NCBI GenBank assembly: GCA_051362555.1
Contig: CM120646.1
Span: forward strand, 11,284,001-11,348,000
Length of the DNA stretch: 64,000 nt
Direction of reading: 5' to 3'
Origin: Lingula anatina
Taxonomy: Eukaryota; Animalia; Brachiopoda
The notes below the pieces were generated by a model that worked only from the letters and a program-made list of their open reading frames with translations, had not been told where the DNA came from and ran no database searches. The translations under genes and the position numbers were made by a program. Below are positions 21,001 through 35,866 of the stretch, piece after piece (position 1 is the first letter of the stretch; the number at the start of each line of letters is the position of its first letter).

Positions 21001-22376
21001 GTTTTGTGCTTAAACCTTTCATTACTTGAACCAAGATCTGTACTATAGCTACCAAGACGTACATGCATCAAGTTGGGTCTGCTGGGGGAGGGGAGCATTT
21101 AAATGATAAACGAGGAAGTCTACCTGCAAAAGCAGCAGCAGTGGTTTAAATAATCGCTATCTAGACTCCTTTTTCTTTGACAGCAACATAAAAAGTGTTT
21201 AGGGAGAAAGTCACACAAAGACCCGACGTTGTTTTGTCTTCAGCATTTCCTCTTCCTTGTTATCTGCAATTACTATCGTCAATTAATGAAATCGAGAAAG
21301 CAATTAAGTGACGGCACATTGAATATAGTCACTATGTGCATTTCACTGAGTGTTTACAAGATCTAGTGACACATTTTATCGCCACGCGTTCTAGTTTGAT
21401 TAGTTTAGAAAATTAAACAGTTACTCTGGCGGCTCTCCGTCATTGCTATGAATCTGACATCGAACTTAGTCCAAAATATTAGTAAATTCAGAATTATTAG
21501 CTAAAACGTAAATTGCGCCAATTTGTCAGATAATCAAAAATGCCGGTGATCCACGCGGAGGGTACGCTTTCCTGAAGGTAGCGGCGACGAACGGCGACGA
21601 TATTTTTCTGAATAGTGAACCTTTATTAGTTACGAAAAGCCCCCTTTTCAACAGGCACATTTTATTAATTACTTCATGTCACAAAGTTAATTTATACAGG
21701 CAAATTTTTATTCAAGGAAATAGTTTCACGAAATGAACGAGAGTAAAATATAAGTCGGCACAAATATAAGGCATACAACAATGAGTCATGTTATGGATCA
21801 TGTTATGGGCCATGTCGGATTATAATGGCATACCTTGATGCAAAACAGTCTATCGTTTCTTCCACCGCGAGTCCCTTTATTTAATGTAATGTATTACTCA
21901 TTACCCGTTTCATTTGACACTCTCTCTTTTTATCTCCCTTCCCCTTTCTCTTGTTAGAAGGAGGGTAAATAATTAAGCACTCAAAATCTGCACCACCAAA
22001 CTTCAGAAAAACATAAGTCGACGATCCAGTGGGCTGATCCACAACATCCGACACAGCAGAATGAATCAAATAACAGCTAGCACAAATTTATATGCAGTTA
22101 GCTATAGTGTCACTACATACATAATCAGCTGCACGTGCGAAGCTGTTGAACAAAAGGATAGTTCGCTACGGGAGACCGTTTGTTTACATAAGTACTCTAA
22201 GGGGGCGTGGCTACCCAGGCGACCAGGGGATTAGGCTAGTTACTATATGCCGTCAACAATCGTTTAGCGACCCTGTCATTATACACTCTCTCTATTGTAT
22301 TTTCCACCGCATTAATCGCAGTGTAATCTTCAAATGGTCCACGGGGTAAATGTACACATTCTTAATCCAAGTACGG
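18010..22376. mobile_element. 4.4 kb non-autonomous DNA-transposon-like insertion in the Gypsy protease, with TA duplication
   Basis: Removing 18010-22376 plus one TA restores ATG CTC AAT GTA ATG GCT GAC ACT GGA (MLNVMADTG). The ends cagtggtcggaataa / ttaatccaagtacgg are imperfect inverted repeats (10 of 15 match). No long ORF. Confidence 0.8.
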
Positions 22377-22378
22377 TA

Positions 22379-24699
22379 ATGGCTGACACTGGATGTCAAA
22401 GCTGTCTTGCTGGTATTAAAGCAATCCAACCCCTTCAGTTAACTGAAAGGGATCTCATTCCAGGTAAAATGAAAATGCATGCAGCAAATAACAAAGGAAT
22501 TAACATTCTGGGTGCCGATTCTCGGGTGAAGACAAGCTTGGAAAACACCACACAACGAGACAGATCGTCTACATCACAGACAAATCAGACAGAATATTCC
22601 TCAGCAGAAAAGCATGCGTTGACCTCGGTCTCATTTCCATTGACTTCCCTCAAGTTGGAGATGCTTGTCAAACAGCCGGTGATACAAAAAGATATGAAAT
22701 AAATGCCGATTGTGAATGCCCAAAACGCCAACCTCCGCCTTCACGTCCTATTCCTTATCCAGCAACAGAAGAAAACCGTCAGCGGCTTCAGCAATGGCTT
22801 ATTGACTATTACAGATCCAGCTCTTTTAACATGTGTACCCACCAGCCACTCACAATGATGAATGGATCCCCTATGAGAATAATGGTGGACTCTGATGCAG
22901 AACCCAAAGCATACCATACCCCTCTACCAGTACCACTACACTGGCAAGACCAAGTCAAAGCTGGCTTAGACCAAGATGTGAAACTAGGTGTTATTGAACC
23001 CGTTCCACTAGGAGAACCAGTTACATGGTGCCATAGGATGGTCGTTTGTGCAAAGAAGAATGGCAAACTTCGCAGAACTGTTGATCTTCAAGCATTAAAT
23101 GCCCATGCTAAACGTGAAACACATCATACTCAATCACCGTTTCATCAAGCAAGATTTGTTCCACAAGGTAAAAAGAAGACAGTCTTTGATGCATGGAACG
23201 GCTATTATAGCGTCCCACTTCATGAAGATGACAGACATCTCACCACATTCATAACACCATGGGGGCGTTATCGGTATTGCGTTGCTCCTCAAGGATATAT
23301 CGCTTCGGGTGATGCCTACACCCACCGTTATGATGATATCGTTTCCAACATTCCCAGAAAAACTAAATATGTAGATGATACTCTACTGTGGGCAAATTCT
23401 ATTGAAGAAAGCTTTTGGCAAGCTGTTGAATGGTTGGATATATGTGGAAAAAACGGGATAACTTTCAACATTGATAAATTTGTATTTGCTGCAGACCAGG
23501 TCGATTTTGCTGGATTCACAATAACAATGGACAGTGTAAAACCTTGTCCTAAATACCTGCAGGCAATCACAGACTTCCCAACACCTAAAAACATCACAGA
23601 TGTACGTTCTTGGTTTGGTCTCCTAAATCAGGTTTCTTATGTGTTCAGCATGGCCAATAGGATGTTACCATTTCGTGAGCTACTCAAACCTGGCACGCCT
23701 TTCAAATGGACTGAAGAGTTAGATCAAATTTTCAGGAATCCAAACAAGTAATCATCAACGAAATAGAAGAGGGTGTCAGGATATACGAAAAGAACAAAAC
23801 AACGTGCCTGGCCACAGATTGGTCTAAAAGTGGAATAGGCTTTTGGTTATTCCAGAAACATTGCAATTGTAAAGTGGCAAAACCATTTTGCTGCAAAACA
23901 GGATGGAAAATTGTCCTTGTAGGTAGTAGATTCACACATCCTGCTGAATCCAGATATGCACCTGTGGAAGGAGAGACACTAGCCGTGGCTTATGCTTTAG
24001 ACAAAGCAAGATTCTTTGTTCTTGGATGTACTGACCTAGTGATTGCTGTTGACCATAAGCCACTTCTCAAAATCTTTGGAGACAGATCCCTTGATGCCAT
24101 ATCCAACACACGTCTTAGGAACCTCAAGGAACGTACTCTCCGTTACAGGTTCCGTATCATTCATCTCCCAGGTGCTAAGCAGAAAGCCGCAGATGCAATA
24201 TCTCGTCACCCAACAGGGGAACGGCACCCACCCAAAATGCAGCTTCAAGACGATATTTCTAGTACTGCTGAATCTTATGACTTGCCTTATTCCGCTGACA
24301 TCTTTCACTCTTTCATAGGAGGCATCAAACTAATGGATGGTGTAAATGATTACACTGACATTGAGGAAAATTTGATTGACTCTGCTATTTATGCCCTTGA
24401 TTCCACAATTAAGTCAATTACATGGAACCAAGTTAGGCAGGCTACAGCAAGTGATGAAACATGAATCAGCTTCTGTCAATCACTGAGTCAGGAATCCCCA
24501 AACACCGCCATGAATTGCCACCTTCATTGCGCGAATACCACCAATTCAGGGAACACATCTACAGTGTTGATGGTGTTATTATTTACAAGGATCGCATTAT
24601 TATACCACCACGGAACAAATACTTTATGCACTTCACGCTGCTCACCAAGGCATCTCATCCATGATATCCAAAGCAGATGCTTCCGTATTCTGGCCAGGT
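22379..24699 (+). pseudogene. Gypsy pol (protease-RT-RNase H-partial integrase) with frameshifts and stops
   Basis: ORFs 22334-22702, 22831-23751, 23874-24464 and 24461-24664 carry successive pol motifs in different frames. Confidence 0.9.
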
Positions 24700-24762
24700 A
24701 GAACCTTTTTGTATCTAGACCTTTTCGAAATAGGGTGTGTGTGTGTCTATACACACCTATTA

Positions 24763-25262
24763 CGGGGCCCGCACACGGTCAGCATTTGGCGCGCGCCACT
24801 TGCGCTGCACCGTTTTCTCATCGTGTGCGGGGGTATTTTGGTGAGATTTTTGCCTCACGCGCGGCTGAGCAAAATTTCTCACGTGTTTGATTTTTTTGGT
24901 CTCTTGAGGCAAATGTCTCAGCGTGTGCGGGGTGCAAGCGCCGATTGCTCACGCCATGCGCATGTGCCAGTAGCCGGAAACAAAGAAAAATGGCAGCCCC
25001 CAGCGAAGTCAACAAAAATGTACACAGTTATAGTTAGTCTGATTGATTAACGTGGGCACCATTATCCATTACTATCAGAAAAAACAACAATATGTAATGT
25101 TTCCTTAATCACATGATCCCACAGTTCGCGGGGCGTCCGATAGGGGCAGGCCAGGAGGCATCTCTGCAGAGCAAAGAGCGCATCGTTTGCGGGGAGTTGA
25201 GGAGTGCGAGCATCTGGCGCAGCGCAAGTGGCGCGCGCCACTTGCTCATCGTTTCTTGGGCA
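24763..25262. mobile_element. GC-rich MITE (Harbinger/PIF-like)
   Basis: tggcgcgcgccacttgcgctgc (~24787-24808) is inverted at gcagcgcaagtggcgcgcgcca (~25219-25240). Outer limits are approximate. Confidence 0.6.
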
Positions 25263-25899
25263 GGTTTCAAAGATGTTTTACATTATAAGTTTAAATATTG
25301 TGATTTTTAAACAATTTTTCTCAATTCATCTGAAATTGTTGGTAGTAATAAAGTCTTCAAATTTAACAAGTTTTAAAAAATCGTTTGACAAGGCAGAGCC
25401 ACACTTTATGACCAATATATGCGCACTTTAAATTTATGACCTATGCATTGTGCTTTTTCAGTTTTAGAGAAATTTTGACAGCATACCTATCCTTGCCTAA
25501 GCTATCGCATGAGGATGGACTTGATGGCATGAAATGATGAAAAGATACCAGTTAGACAAAGCAGAAAGTAATTAAGTGTTTATATATATAAAAGCCAATA
25601 CTTCATTATTTTTTTAACTAGCCTATTGCTAGTAGGATCAAGGAATTATTAATACTATATAGTATAGTAAGAAATTACTTTGATAAACAACTGGTGTGAG
25701 ACTGACAATAAGGTGAGTTTTTTTTAAAAATCTATGGATTTTTCATTAATTTTCAGTTTTTATCTGCTTTGTATAAATTTCTTGTTTCTACATACATGTA
25801 TGATTTTATCATTATATTATATGTATTTTTAACAGAATCCCGAATTTCATATCAGCTGACAATAAGGGAAGAGGTGTTCTAGTCAAGACCAGGGAACAT

Positions 25900-26334
25900 T
25901 TATTTCCATACGATTTTGTGTGATGGTGCTGTTGATGCAGGTGTGACTGAACAAGAGATGGTGTTTTGTAGAGTCTTGGATATTGTTTACCCTAGAAACC
26001 TTTCTCATAGCAAACAATTTCTGGAACAATACTTTCTTCAAGTATTAAACAGGATGGGCTTTGACCCAAAAGACTTCCATTGAGAGTGGCCTGCCTTTAA
26101 AGAGCACATAGGTGGCATGTTTATAGTGAATAAAAGTAAAGATATGTGTATGGATTTGTTTCAAGGCTAGGATACCAGACAAAGATTAGAATACATACAA
26201 TAATGCTAATTGAAATTGCCTTGTTCACCGTGTCCACTTCTCAGGTGGAGAGAGGATACAGTGCTCTCAAAAGAATCAAATCTGACTGGAGGTCAAGTTT
26301 AGGGAATATTATGCTTAAGTTAACCAAATTTTGA
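25900..26334 (+). mobile_element. hAT (ZNF862-like) transposase remnant
   Basis: IVCDGAVDAGVTEQEMVFCRV at ~25912-25975, and the hAT dimerization-type motif STSQVERGYSALKRIKSDWRSSL at ~26230-26300. Heavily deleted between the two. Confidence 0.75.
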
Positions 26335-26909
26335 CAGCAGTTTTATAGGGGTCAAGTTTTGATGATCACTTAGTCAAGGAATCTATCAACCACTGGGTGG
26401 CAGGGTGACACTCTGGGAAAACGGCCCAATTTTGAACTTGAAAATTGATTTAGTTTTCTGATTGTCATATCCAGCAGGTAAATGACGTGGCCATTGAAGA
26501 TTCCAAGGAAATAAAAAAAAAATTGAAACATACTCGTATACTGAAGTTTTCTTTTTTTTTTTTCATTTTTAATGCATTTTGCTTTGTTATGTATTTTTAA
26601 ATAATTAAAATTACAAATTATATTCAAGAATTTTCAGCCGGGGATGATCTTAATTGTATGTCAGTTTTGGCTAAAGTAATATTCATAACTTGCTGGGGCA
26701 GGTGCTTCTCCTGCCCTCAGAATAGACAGATCAAGTTGGCCAATGATTTCTTAATTTGATGTATTTTGTTCATTTCAGTTTCTACGTGACAATTTCAATG
26801 ACAAGCAAATAAAATAGATGTGAAAAAGACTAAAGAAGTTTGCTTATTCGTAATAGTAGAAACTCAGCGACGATTTAGTGAAAGACGATCAGCATAGTAT
26901 GTAGAAAAG

Positions 26910-29900
26910 ATGGCAACACAAGCAGAAATGATACTTCTGCAAGCAGAACTGAAAAGGGTAGAGTCGGATATAGACCAAACGATGTGTGAGTTGGAAAAGC
27001 ATTTTAACTTTACAAAGTCAAATATAAAAAAGACATCTACTCCCAAAAACGCACTAACATCTTGTGCCCCACTCACTTTGTGTGAGCAAACTACGATAGC
27101 AAAGGAACTCAATAAACCAAGAATTCAGATTCAAGTATTTGAAGGTGACCCGATCAAATATGTGGTTTAAGAGACAGTTCAAAAGTAGAATCATAGAAAC
27201 ATGCGACTCTGACGATGAAAAACTGAACTATCTACTGCAATACACCAGAGGTGAGCCTCATGAAATTACGCTAGGATTCGCTCACTTAGATGCATCCATT
27301 GGTTATAAGGCCGCATGGAAGGAATTTGAGAGAAGGTATGGGGACCAAGAACAGATTGCGACATCGTATATAAACCGTGCCTTACAGATGCCAGTGATAA
27401 AGCATGATGATTATGTCGCACTAGACAAATACGGCATATTTTTAAGGGAATGTGAGTATGCAGTAAAAGAAATAGATGCCATCCCAGTCCTCGAGTATCC
27501 TGATAACCTTAAGAGGCTAATGACAAAGCTGCCGCTCAAATTGCATGATAAATGGAGAAGCATAGTGTATGAAAGGAAGAAAAGGGGACAGAAGATAACC
27601 TTTCAGTTATTCGTAGATTTTGTGCAGAAAGAAGCACGAAAATTGGCTGACCCCATTTTTGGAAAGGTTCCACCACCAGAGAGACCTATACCAACACCAA
27701 GGAGAAGAGTTCCAGCACAAACAGTACTGTCTAGTACCTCTGCATCCAGCAGCGAAAGACACGTTCACAAGTGTATATTATGCAAGGAACAACATAAACT
27801 TCACCAATGCCCAGAAATGCAAGAAAGGACAATGGATGAAAGAATCAGCATTATAAAGAATTATGGTTTATGCTTTGGGTGCCTTGCATATGGTCACAGA
27901 AAACATGAATGCAGAAATAAAATGAAATGCCAAAAATGTAACTCTTATCATCCAACAATTCAACACGATGACAATTACACTAGTAAAGTAGTGGGAGCAG
28001 CTGTATGCCATACCACCCACAGTTCTGAGAATGTGCATTCCATGATAGTGCCAGTTGTAGTGCACCACGAGGATAATCCAGACATTTATTCAGTGGTATA
28101 TGCAGTACTAGATGAGCAGTCAGATGCCTGCTTTGTAAAGTCCTCGACCCTCAGTGAACTCGAATGTAAAGGGAAGTATGTAGACATCAGACTTTCAACC
28201 ATACTTGGAGAAAAAACCGTCCCGAGCAGGAAAGTTGGAGGACTTGTTGTGAGAGGTCTGAACCAAGAGACATTGATTGAGCTCCTAGATACATACTCCA
28301 GAGACTCCATTCCAGTTAAGCGATCGCAGATACCCAGACCAGAAACTGCTAAGAAATGGCCACACTTGCACTCGATTGCTGATAAGATTACTCCTTATCG
28401 CCCAGACATAGAGGTAGGACTGCTGTTGGGAGTAAACTGTATGAAAGCCATTAGAGGTCTGGAATACGTACATGGTAGAGGAGAGGAACCATATGCATAC
28501 AGATGTAACCTAGGTTGGGGTATAGTAGGGCCAGTGGACAAATCAAGACCCATAGATGAGAACAAGAGCTTTGCAACACGTGCCTTTGCCTTTAGAACAC
28601 AAGTGACAGAGATCAGCCCCGCTGAGGTTTGCAGTCTCTTTGACCAAGGTTTCGACCAACAGAAAGATGAAAGGTTAAGCCTTCAAGACCAGAAGTTCAC
28701 GAAGATTATGGAGGAGGGCATACATTTCAACGAGGGTTTTTACGAGATACCACTACCATTTAAAGATGGACATGCAGCATTGCCAAACAACAAACCAGCA
28801 GCTGGGATCAGACTAGAGCAGCTAAGGAAAAGGCTAATCCACAACCCGAAGTATTATTAGCACTATAACAGTTTTATTCAGGACCTCATAGATAAATGCT
28901 ATGCAGAAGAATCACCTCATGAAGATGGAGGTTGGTACTTACCACATCATGGTGTATATCACCCCAAGAAACGTGAGAAATTACGAGTGGTGTTTGATGC
29001 CAGTGCAAAACATGAAAATGTTGCGCTAAACGAAAGGACCTGATTGCGCCTGTTGAACGGACCTGATCAGAATAACTCGCTCATAGGTGTTTTATTGAGG
29101 TTTAGAGAGCAGTCAGTAGCAATCATGGATGATATGGAGAACATGTTTCACAGGTTTAAAGTGAAAGAAGAGGATGGAAAGTTTTTACAGTTCCTATGGT
29201 GGAAAGACGGTGACCTCAATAGTAATCCCATCACATACAGAATGACGTCTCATATATTTGGAGCGATAAGTTCACCAGCATGCGCATTGTATGGCCTGAG
29301 GAAACAAGCAGAGGACTACCAAGATGAGTATTCATCAAACGTCATTGCCTTTCTTAAGAATGACTTTTATGTAGACGAGTCAAGTGCATTGACCTTAACA
29401 GAGACACATTGCCAATATGTCCAGCTTTAGGATTACAGTGGTGTGTAGAAGCAGACAGTTTTCAGTTTCAGGCCCAGATCAATGATAAGCCATTAACAAG
29501 AAGGGGAATTCTCTCCACTGTAAGTTCCATATTTGACCCTTTAGGCCTTGTCTCACCATTCATCCTTGCCGGTAAGAAAATTCTCCAAGAGCTATGCAGA
29601 GACGGTGCAGAGTGGGATGATCAAGTGCCAGAGAGTATTAGATGCAGATGGGAAAAATGGCGCCCAGATTTGCTGAACTTAACCAAGTTGAATATACCAC
29701 GGTGCTATAAGCCAAATGATTTTGATGAAGTGACTACTGCAGAACTTCATCACTTCTCAGATGCCAGTGTAGAAGGCCTAGGTCAGTGTAATTACTTGAG
29801 ACTTAAAAGTAACACAGGAAGAATAGCAACCACATTAGTTATGGGCAAGTCCAAGGTAGCTCCCTCTAAACCAGTGCCAGTCCCACGCCTAGAGCTGACA

Positions 29901-31910
29901 GCAGCAGTGATGTCTATAAAGGTGGGGACCTTTCTTGCCAAGGAGTTAGAGTATGAGGACATCACCCATGTGTATTGGACTGACAGCAAGGTTGTTCTAG
30001 GGTATGTCAATAATGATGCTAAGAGATTTCATGTCTTTGTAGCTAATAGAATACAACAAATTAGAGAAGTCAGTCAGCCATCGCAGTGGGGGAATGTTAA
30101 GTCCAGTGACAACCCAGCTGATATAGCCTCCAGGGGAACAGGTGTGACAGAGCTACTACAGAATGAACAGTGGTGGAATGGGCCAGACTTCCTGCTCACT
30201 GATGAACCACTATCTACCACTAATACCCAATTCAGACTAGCACCAGATGACCCAGAAGTACGCAAATCTGAAGTCAATGTATTTGCTACTAAAGTAGAAA
30301 CCAACCACGATCACTTGTCTGATGTATTGAAAAGGTTTTCTTCCTGGAACAGAGCAACACGAGTTGTTACGTGGTGTTAACGATTCATACAGAAACTGAA
30401 ACAAGCTAAGAACAGGAAATCTACACAGCAGAACACAGTTGAGACCAGCAATGAACCGTTGAATGTTCAAGAAATATAAGTGGCAGAAAAGATCATTCTC
30501 AAGTCAACACAGACTGCTACATTTGAGAAGGAAATTGAAATACTGAAATCAATTAACAAAGAAGATAACAGTGAATACACAGAGAGAAAACAGGCAAGAT
30601 ATCGCAACGAACAAATCAAGAAAACCAGTTCACTATACCGCCTAGACCCATTTTTATGTGAAGATGGACTACTCAGAGTAGGTGGTTGTATAAAGAGGGC
30701 AAATTTACCCAGAGAGCTTACACACCCAGTGATTCTGCCTAAGCATCATCACGTTACAAATCTCATAATTGACCACTATCATACACGATGCGGACATTCA
30801 GGAAGTGGCATTACTCTTAATGAAGTCCGAGCTAGTGGTTATTGGATAATTTCTGGCCGTGCCAAGATTGGATCATATATATGGAAATGTGTGACCTGTC
30901 GTAAGCTACGAGCAAACTCACAGAGTCAGAAAATGTCAGATCTTCCAGCTGACAGACTGGAACCAGCACCTCCATTCACCTACAGTGCAGTAGATTTCTT
31001 TGGACCATTCTATGTGAAGGAGGGAAGAAAGCAGATGAAGAGATATGGTGCTATGTTTACATGTTTAGCATCACGTGCTATTCATATAGAAGTTGCATAT
31101 TCACTCAGCACAGATTCTTTCATTAACTGCTACAGACGCTTTGTATGCAGGCGTGGACCAGTACGTCTACTCAGAGCAGACCGTGGAACCAATTTCTTTG
31201 GAGTTAAGGGAGAGCAAGAAACTACCTTTATGGATATGGATCAGGACAAGATCAGGAGAGAACTTCTGAAAGACCACTGTGACTGGATTCAGTTTGAAAT
31301 GAATGTTCCTCATGCTTCACATATGGGAGGCGTGTGGGAAAGGATGATCAGATCAGCCAGAAATGCTTTATCAGGACTTCTCACAGCTCACAGCGACCGT
31401 TTAGATGATGATTCCTTGTCCACATTGTTAACTGAGGCAGAAGCCATAGTTAACAGTAGACATTTGACTTACATTGATACACAGTCACCAGATTCTCCAA
31501 TGCCTTTGTCTCCAAATCAGCTCCTGACCCTGAAAACTAAGGTCGTGATGCCACCACCTGGGAATTTCATAAGGAAAGACACATACCTTCATCGAAGATG
31601 GCGACATGTTCAATATCTAGCCAATGAATTTTGGAGCAGGTGGAGAAAGGATTTTCTTCCTACAATACAAGAGAGAAAAAAGTGGATCAAACAATGTAGA
31701 GATGTACAAGTTGGAGATATTGTTCTCGTGATAGATGACAGTGCACCAAGAAATCAGTGGCCACTTGGTCGCATAGCAGAAACCTTTCAAAGTGCAGATG
31801 GATATGTGCGTAAGGTCAAGTTGAAAGTTAGGGACTCTACATATGAGAGACCAGTGCACAAGTTAATTCTTTTATTGACCGGAGAAGACCCCGTCGAGGA
31901 GCCAAAATAA
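26910..31910 (+). pseudogene. BEL/Pao gag-pol polyprotein, broken
   Basis: Fragments 26910-27170, 27139-28860, 29044-29430, 29409-30380 and 30480-31910 are separated by frameshifts and stops; apparent deletion right after FYVD (~29378). Confidence 0.92.
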
Positions 31911-32273
31911 CTGTTAACTGTGACAATAATATCAGTTTGTTATGATTCTATGCTACAATCTGTGCATATTTAATGAACACTTTTGTTTTCTAAAGATAGT
32001 TACATGTTGGGGTATTTGTGTTTATGGGATTGCAAGGTATTTTATGTTTAAATACGGTAATTAACAATAAGTTTTGATGTTCCTTAAAAGGTGTTTAAGG
32101 TACGGTAATTCTGAATAATTTCCGAGAAAAAATCTTTTTTTTTTTTATACGTAATGATGAGGTAAACAGTGTATATTGTGTAAATTGCTTTCACAATTTA
32201 GGGGAGCCATGTTAAGGTTTGGCCCGTCTTAGCTGTTATGCAACATCGGTGGAGATAGCGTTTTACTTTTTTG

Positions 32274-33733
32274 ACTAGAGTGTCACGGGTCTATCCTTGG
32301 ATTCACAAATATCATTGGACGACCGCATGAAGTGATGACGTCATAACACAATTACACTAAAACACCGGCACATCTAAAGCAATGCTGAAGGTACACGTAA
32401 TGTCAATGTACAATTCAATTATTCAGTTTATTTTTTATTGTTTTTAATATCAGAAATAAAAGTATTTTTAAAGTGCATATTAAAATAGTTTATTGTCGTT
32501 GTTATTTATTTATGTAATGAATATAACATTAATGTGAGACCGTAAACACTGTGTTGTCAAGTAAAATGAAGCGTCTGATACAAAGTATCAAGCGCGGCAT
32601 TCACGTGCTTGTTTGCAGTGCGTTCAGTGCACTTTGTTTACACTGACATGTTGAGGTCAGAAACGCATATTTTTTTCTGTATAATATTACGCAGTTTTGA
32701 TTTTGATTATACAAAAAGAATCAACAAATGATGACATAAAAACACCTGTGCTTTATTCTTATATTACACGGATTGCAATTGGATTTTATATGGGAGTTAT
32801 ATCAACACACAATGTGAGCGTTGTGATGAATAATAGGCCTATAGACTAGGAATCTATAGGTTATAAAGACAGAGAAACGTTTTAATTCTAGGATTCACAT
32901 TTTGGTTGGGTTACTTGAAAATGCTTACAAAACAAAGGTGTCTGTTGCAAATGTGAAACATAAATACAGATGGAAGGGCACTGCTCAAATTCCTTTGTAG
33001 GCCTACTTCATTCTCACAGCACATTCTAAATTTTAATTTTATCCAGAAATGTACAAAAAATAAATAAATAAATATAACTGATGCTATGACAAACAAAATG
33101 TGGAAGGCTTTAGATCATTGATTTCGGAAATTTAGCTCTGAAACCAATTTTCAGACAAATTTCAGTTGAATCTGCATGGTAATTATATGGAGGGAGTAAA
33201 TCATGTAAGTAAAACTGTCATTTCATAAGAAATCTAAACACCTTGCACACAAATGTATATTACATTATATAAGCTTTCAAAGTTCAAAGTAAAGTCTTAC
33301 ACAAAAGAAAAACAGGAATATTTTTATAATCGAATAAGAGGGAATTATTAATCTTAAGATTAAATTAGCAGAGCTTGTAGCATTGTAGAACCTAGAAAAC
33401 CACACTTTACAATTCATTTTTAATTGAAGTGTATTCATTAAAAACTGATTCCCTTGCAAAAACAATGTTTATAATTTCTGCTCATCGTTTTCTTAGTCAA
33501 TATTGTGTTTATTTTCTAACATTTTCTCTCTTCTTTTTGAAGTATAGTAGCACTGTTTTGCCAATCTAATATTTTGCTTTAAGGTTAACCTGTAAGCGCG
33601 TTCGAAATTGTTCTAATCTATTATGTATTTCTTGATAATGTTTAGGGATATTTTTTACAACAAATACGGCCATTTTGAACCTTGTTACCTGCACATTAGT
33701 GCAGGTGTAATAACATTACCACTGTGTAATAAC

Positions 33734-33801
<68 letters not shown>

Positions 33802-34019
33802 CGCGCTTCATACAAATTATTTATGAAAAATACATATTTCGCTTGGGATAACAATTACGGAAAAGGCCGATTGAGATGGTAACTTTCTCGTCTTCACTTC
33901 AACATTGCTTTAGATGTGCCGGTGTTTTAGTGTAATTGTGTTATGACGTCATCACTTCATGCGGTCGTCCAAGGATATTTGAGAATCCAAGGATAGACCC
34001 GTGACACGCGTGCTCTAGT
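32274..34019. mobile_element. Non-autonomous TIR element, copy 1 (~110 bp TIRs)
   Basis: gtgtcacgggtctatccttggatt...aaagcaatgctgaag (32280-32390) is inverted at 33897-34007. Internal (TA)n at 33736-33798. No ORF. Confidence 0.9.
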
Positions 34020-34843
34020 GTCACGGGTCTATCCTTGGATCCTCAAATATCATTGGACGACCGCATGAAGTGATGACGTCATAACACAATTACACAAAAA
34101 CACCGGCACATCTAAGGCAATGCTGAAGGAAAACGTAATGTCAATGTGTACAAATGAAATCAATTATTTAGTTTATTAATTTTTTTCATTATTTCTTAAA
34201 TATCAAAAATAATTTTTTTAAACCTGCATATGAAAATAGCTCATTGCCGTTGTTATTTATTTATGTAATGAATATAACATTAATGTGACATCGTAAACAC
34301 TGTGTTGTCAAGTAAAATGAAGCGTCTGATACAAAGTATCAAACGCGGCATTCACGTGCTTGCTTGCGGTGCGTTCAGTGCACTTTGTTTACTCAGTACA
34401 TTGACGTGTTGAGGTCAGAAACGCACAATTTTTTCTGTATAATATTACGCGGTTTTAATTTTGATTATACAAAAGGAATCAACAAATGATGACATAAAAA
34501 CACCTGTGCTTTATTCTTATAGCCTATTACACGGATTGCAATTGGATTTTATATGGGAGTGATATCAATACACAATGTGAGCATTGTGATGAATAATAGA
34601 GGCCTACAGACTAGGAATCAGATGTCCTAGCTTTTACATAATATTTTGTTATATAGACAGAGAAACGTTTTAATTCTAGGATTCACATTTTGCTTGGGTA
34701 CTTGAAAATGTTTACAAAACAAAGGTGTCTGTTGCAAATATGGAACTTAAATAAAGATGGAAGGGCACTGCTCATATTCGATCCTTAATTTGTACTTCAT
34801 TCTCACAGCACATTCTAAATTTTAATTTTATCCAGAAATGTAC

Positions 34844-34875
<32 letters not shown>

Positions 34876-35866
34876 ATAACTAATGCTATGACAAAATAAA
34901 TGTGGAAGGCTTTAGATCGTTGATTTCGGAAATAGCTCTGAAATCAATTTTCAGACAAATTTCAATTATGTGGAGGGAGTAAATCATGTAAGTAAAACTG
35001 TCATTTCATAAGAAATCTAAACACCTTGCACACAAATGTATGTTACATTATATAAGCTTTCAAAGTTCAAATTAAAGTCTTACACAAGAGAAACACAGGA
35101 ATCTTTTTATAATCGAATAAGAGGGAACTATTAACTATTACTAAAGATTTAGATTAGAAGAACTTGTAGCATTGTAGAATCTAGAAAACCACACTGTACG
35201 ATTTATTTTTAAATGGTGTATTCATTAAAAAACTGATTCCCTTGCACAAACAATGTTTAATTTCTGCTCATCGTTTTCTTAGTCAATATTGTGTTTATTT
35301 TCTGACATTTTCTTTCTTCTATTTGAAGTATTGTAGCACTATTTTGCCAATTTAATATTTGAGCTTGAAGGTTAACCTGTAAGGGCGTTCAAAATTGTTC
35401 TAATCTATTACGTATTTCTTGATAATGTTTAGGGATATTTTTTACAACAAATACGGTCATTTTGAACGTTGTTTCCCGCACTTTAGTCACGTGTAATAAC
35501 ATTATGCATCAAAAGCAATTTTTTATTTACGTGTTTTAAAATAATTAAAATTCTACATATAACATAACATAATATAGAAAGCTTATTATAAGAATGGTCT
35601 TTTTTGGAAAATGAAAGTGCGTGCCCCGAAGAGCCTTATGAATTAAGAAAATTATATATATATTAATGTGCTATATTTATGAAAAATATATATTTCACTT
35701 GAGATAACAATTACGGAAAAAGCCGATTGAGATGGTAACTTTCTCGTCTTCACTTCAGCATTGCTTTAGATGTGCCGGTGTTTTAGTGTAATTGTGTTAT
35801 GACGTCATCACTTCATGCGGTCGTCCAATGATATTTGAGAATCCAAAGATAGACCCGTGACACGCG
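34018..35866. mobile_element. Non-autonomous TIR element, copy 2 (tandem, same orientation, diverged)
   Basis: Same TIRs (34018-34128 / 35753-35863), and the interior is colinear with copy 1 with many substitutions and indels. Confidence 0.9.

Larger units (their letters stand above)
16409..24699 (+). mobile_element. Ty3/Gypsy LTR retrotransposon, decayed, interrupted and 3'-truncated
   Basis: Gag 16783-17977 (frameshifted; zinc knuckle CSYCGEKGH, CKHC...HH). Protease MADTGCQS at 22379. RT 22831-23751 (RRTVDL, DAWNGY, YVDD). RNase H ATDWSK..DHKPL at ~23810-24210. Integrase start LHAAHQG at ~24630, cut at ~24699. The 5' LTR limits (~16409-16745) are approximate. Confidence 0.92.

Noticed and set aside
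27139-31910. Active or domesticated BEL gag/integrase
   Set aside because: Multiple stops and frameshifts and a deletion in RT. Long ORF pieces reflect recent decay only.
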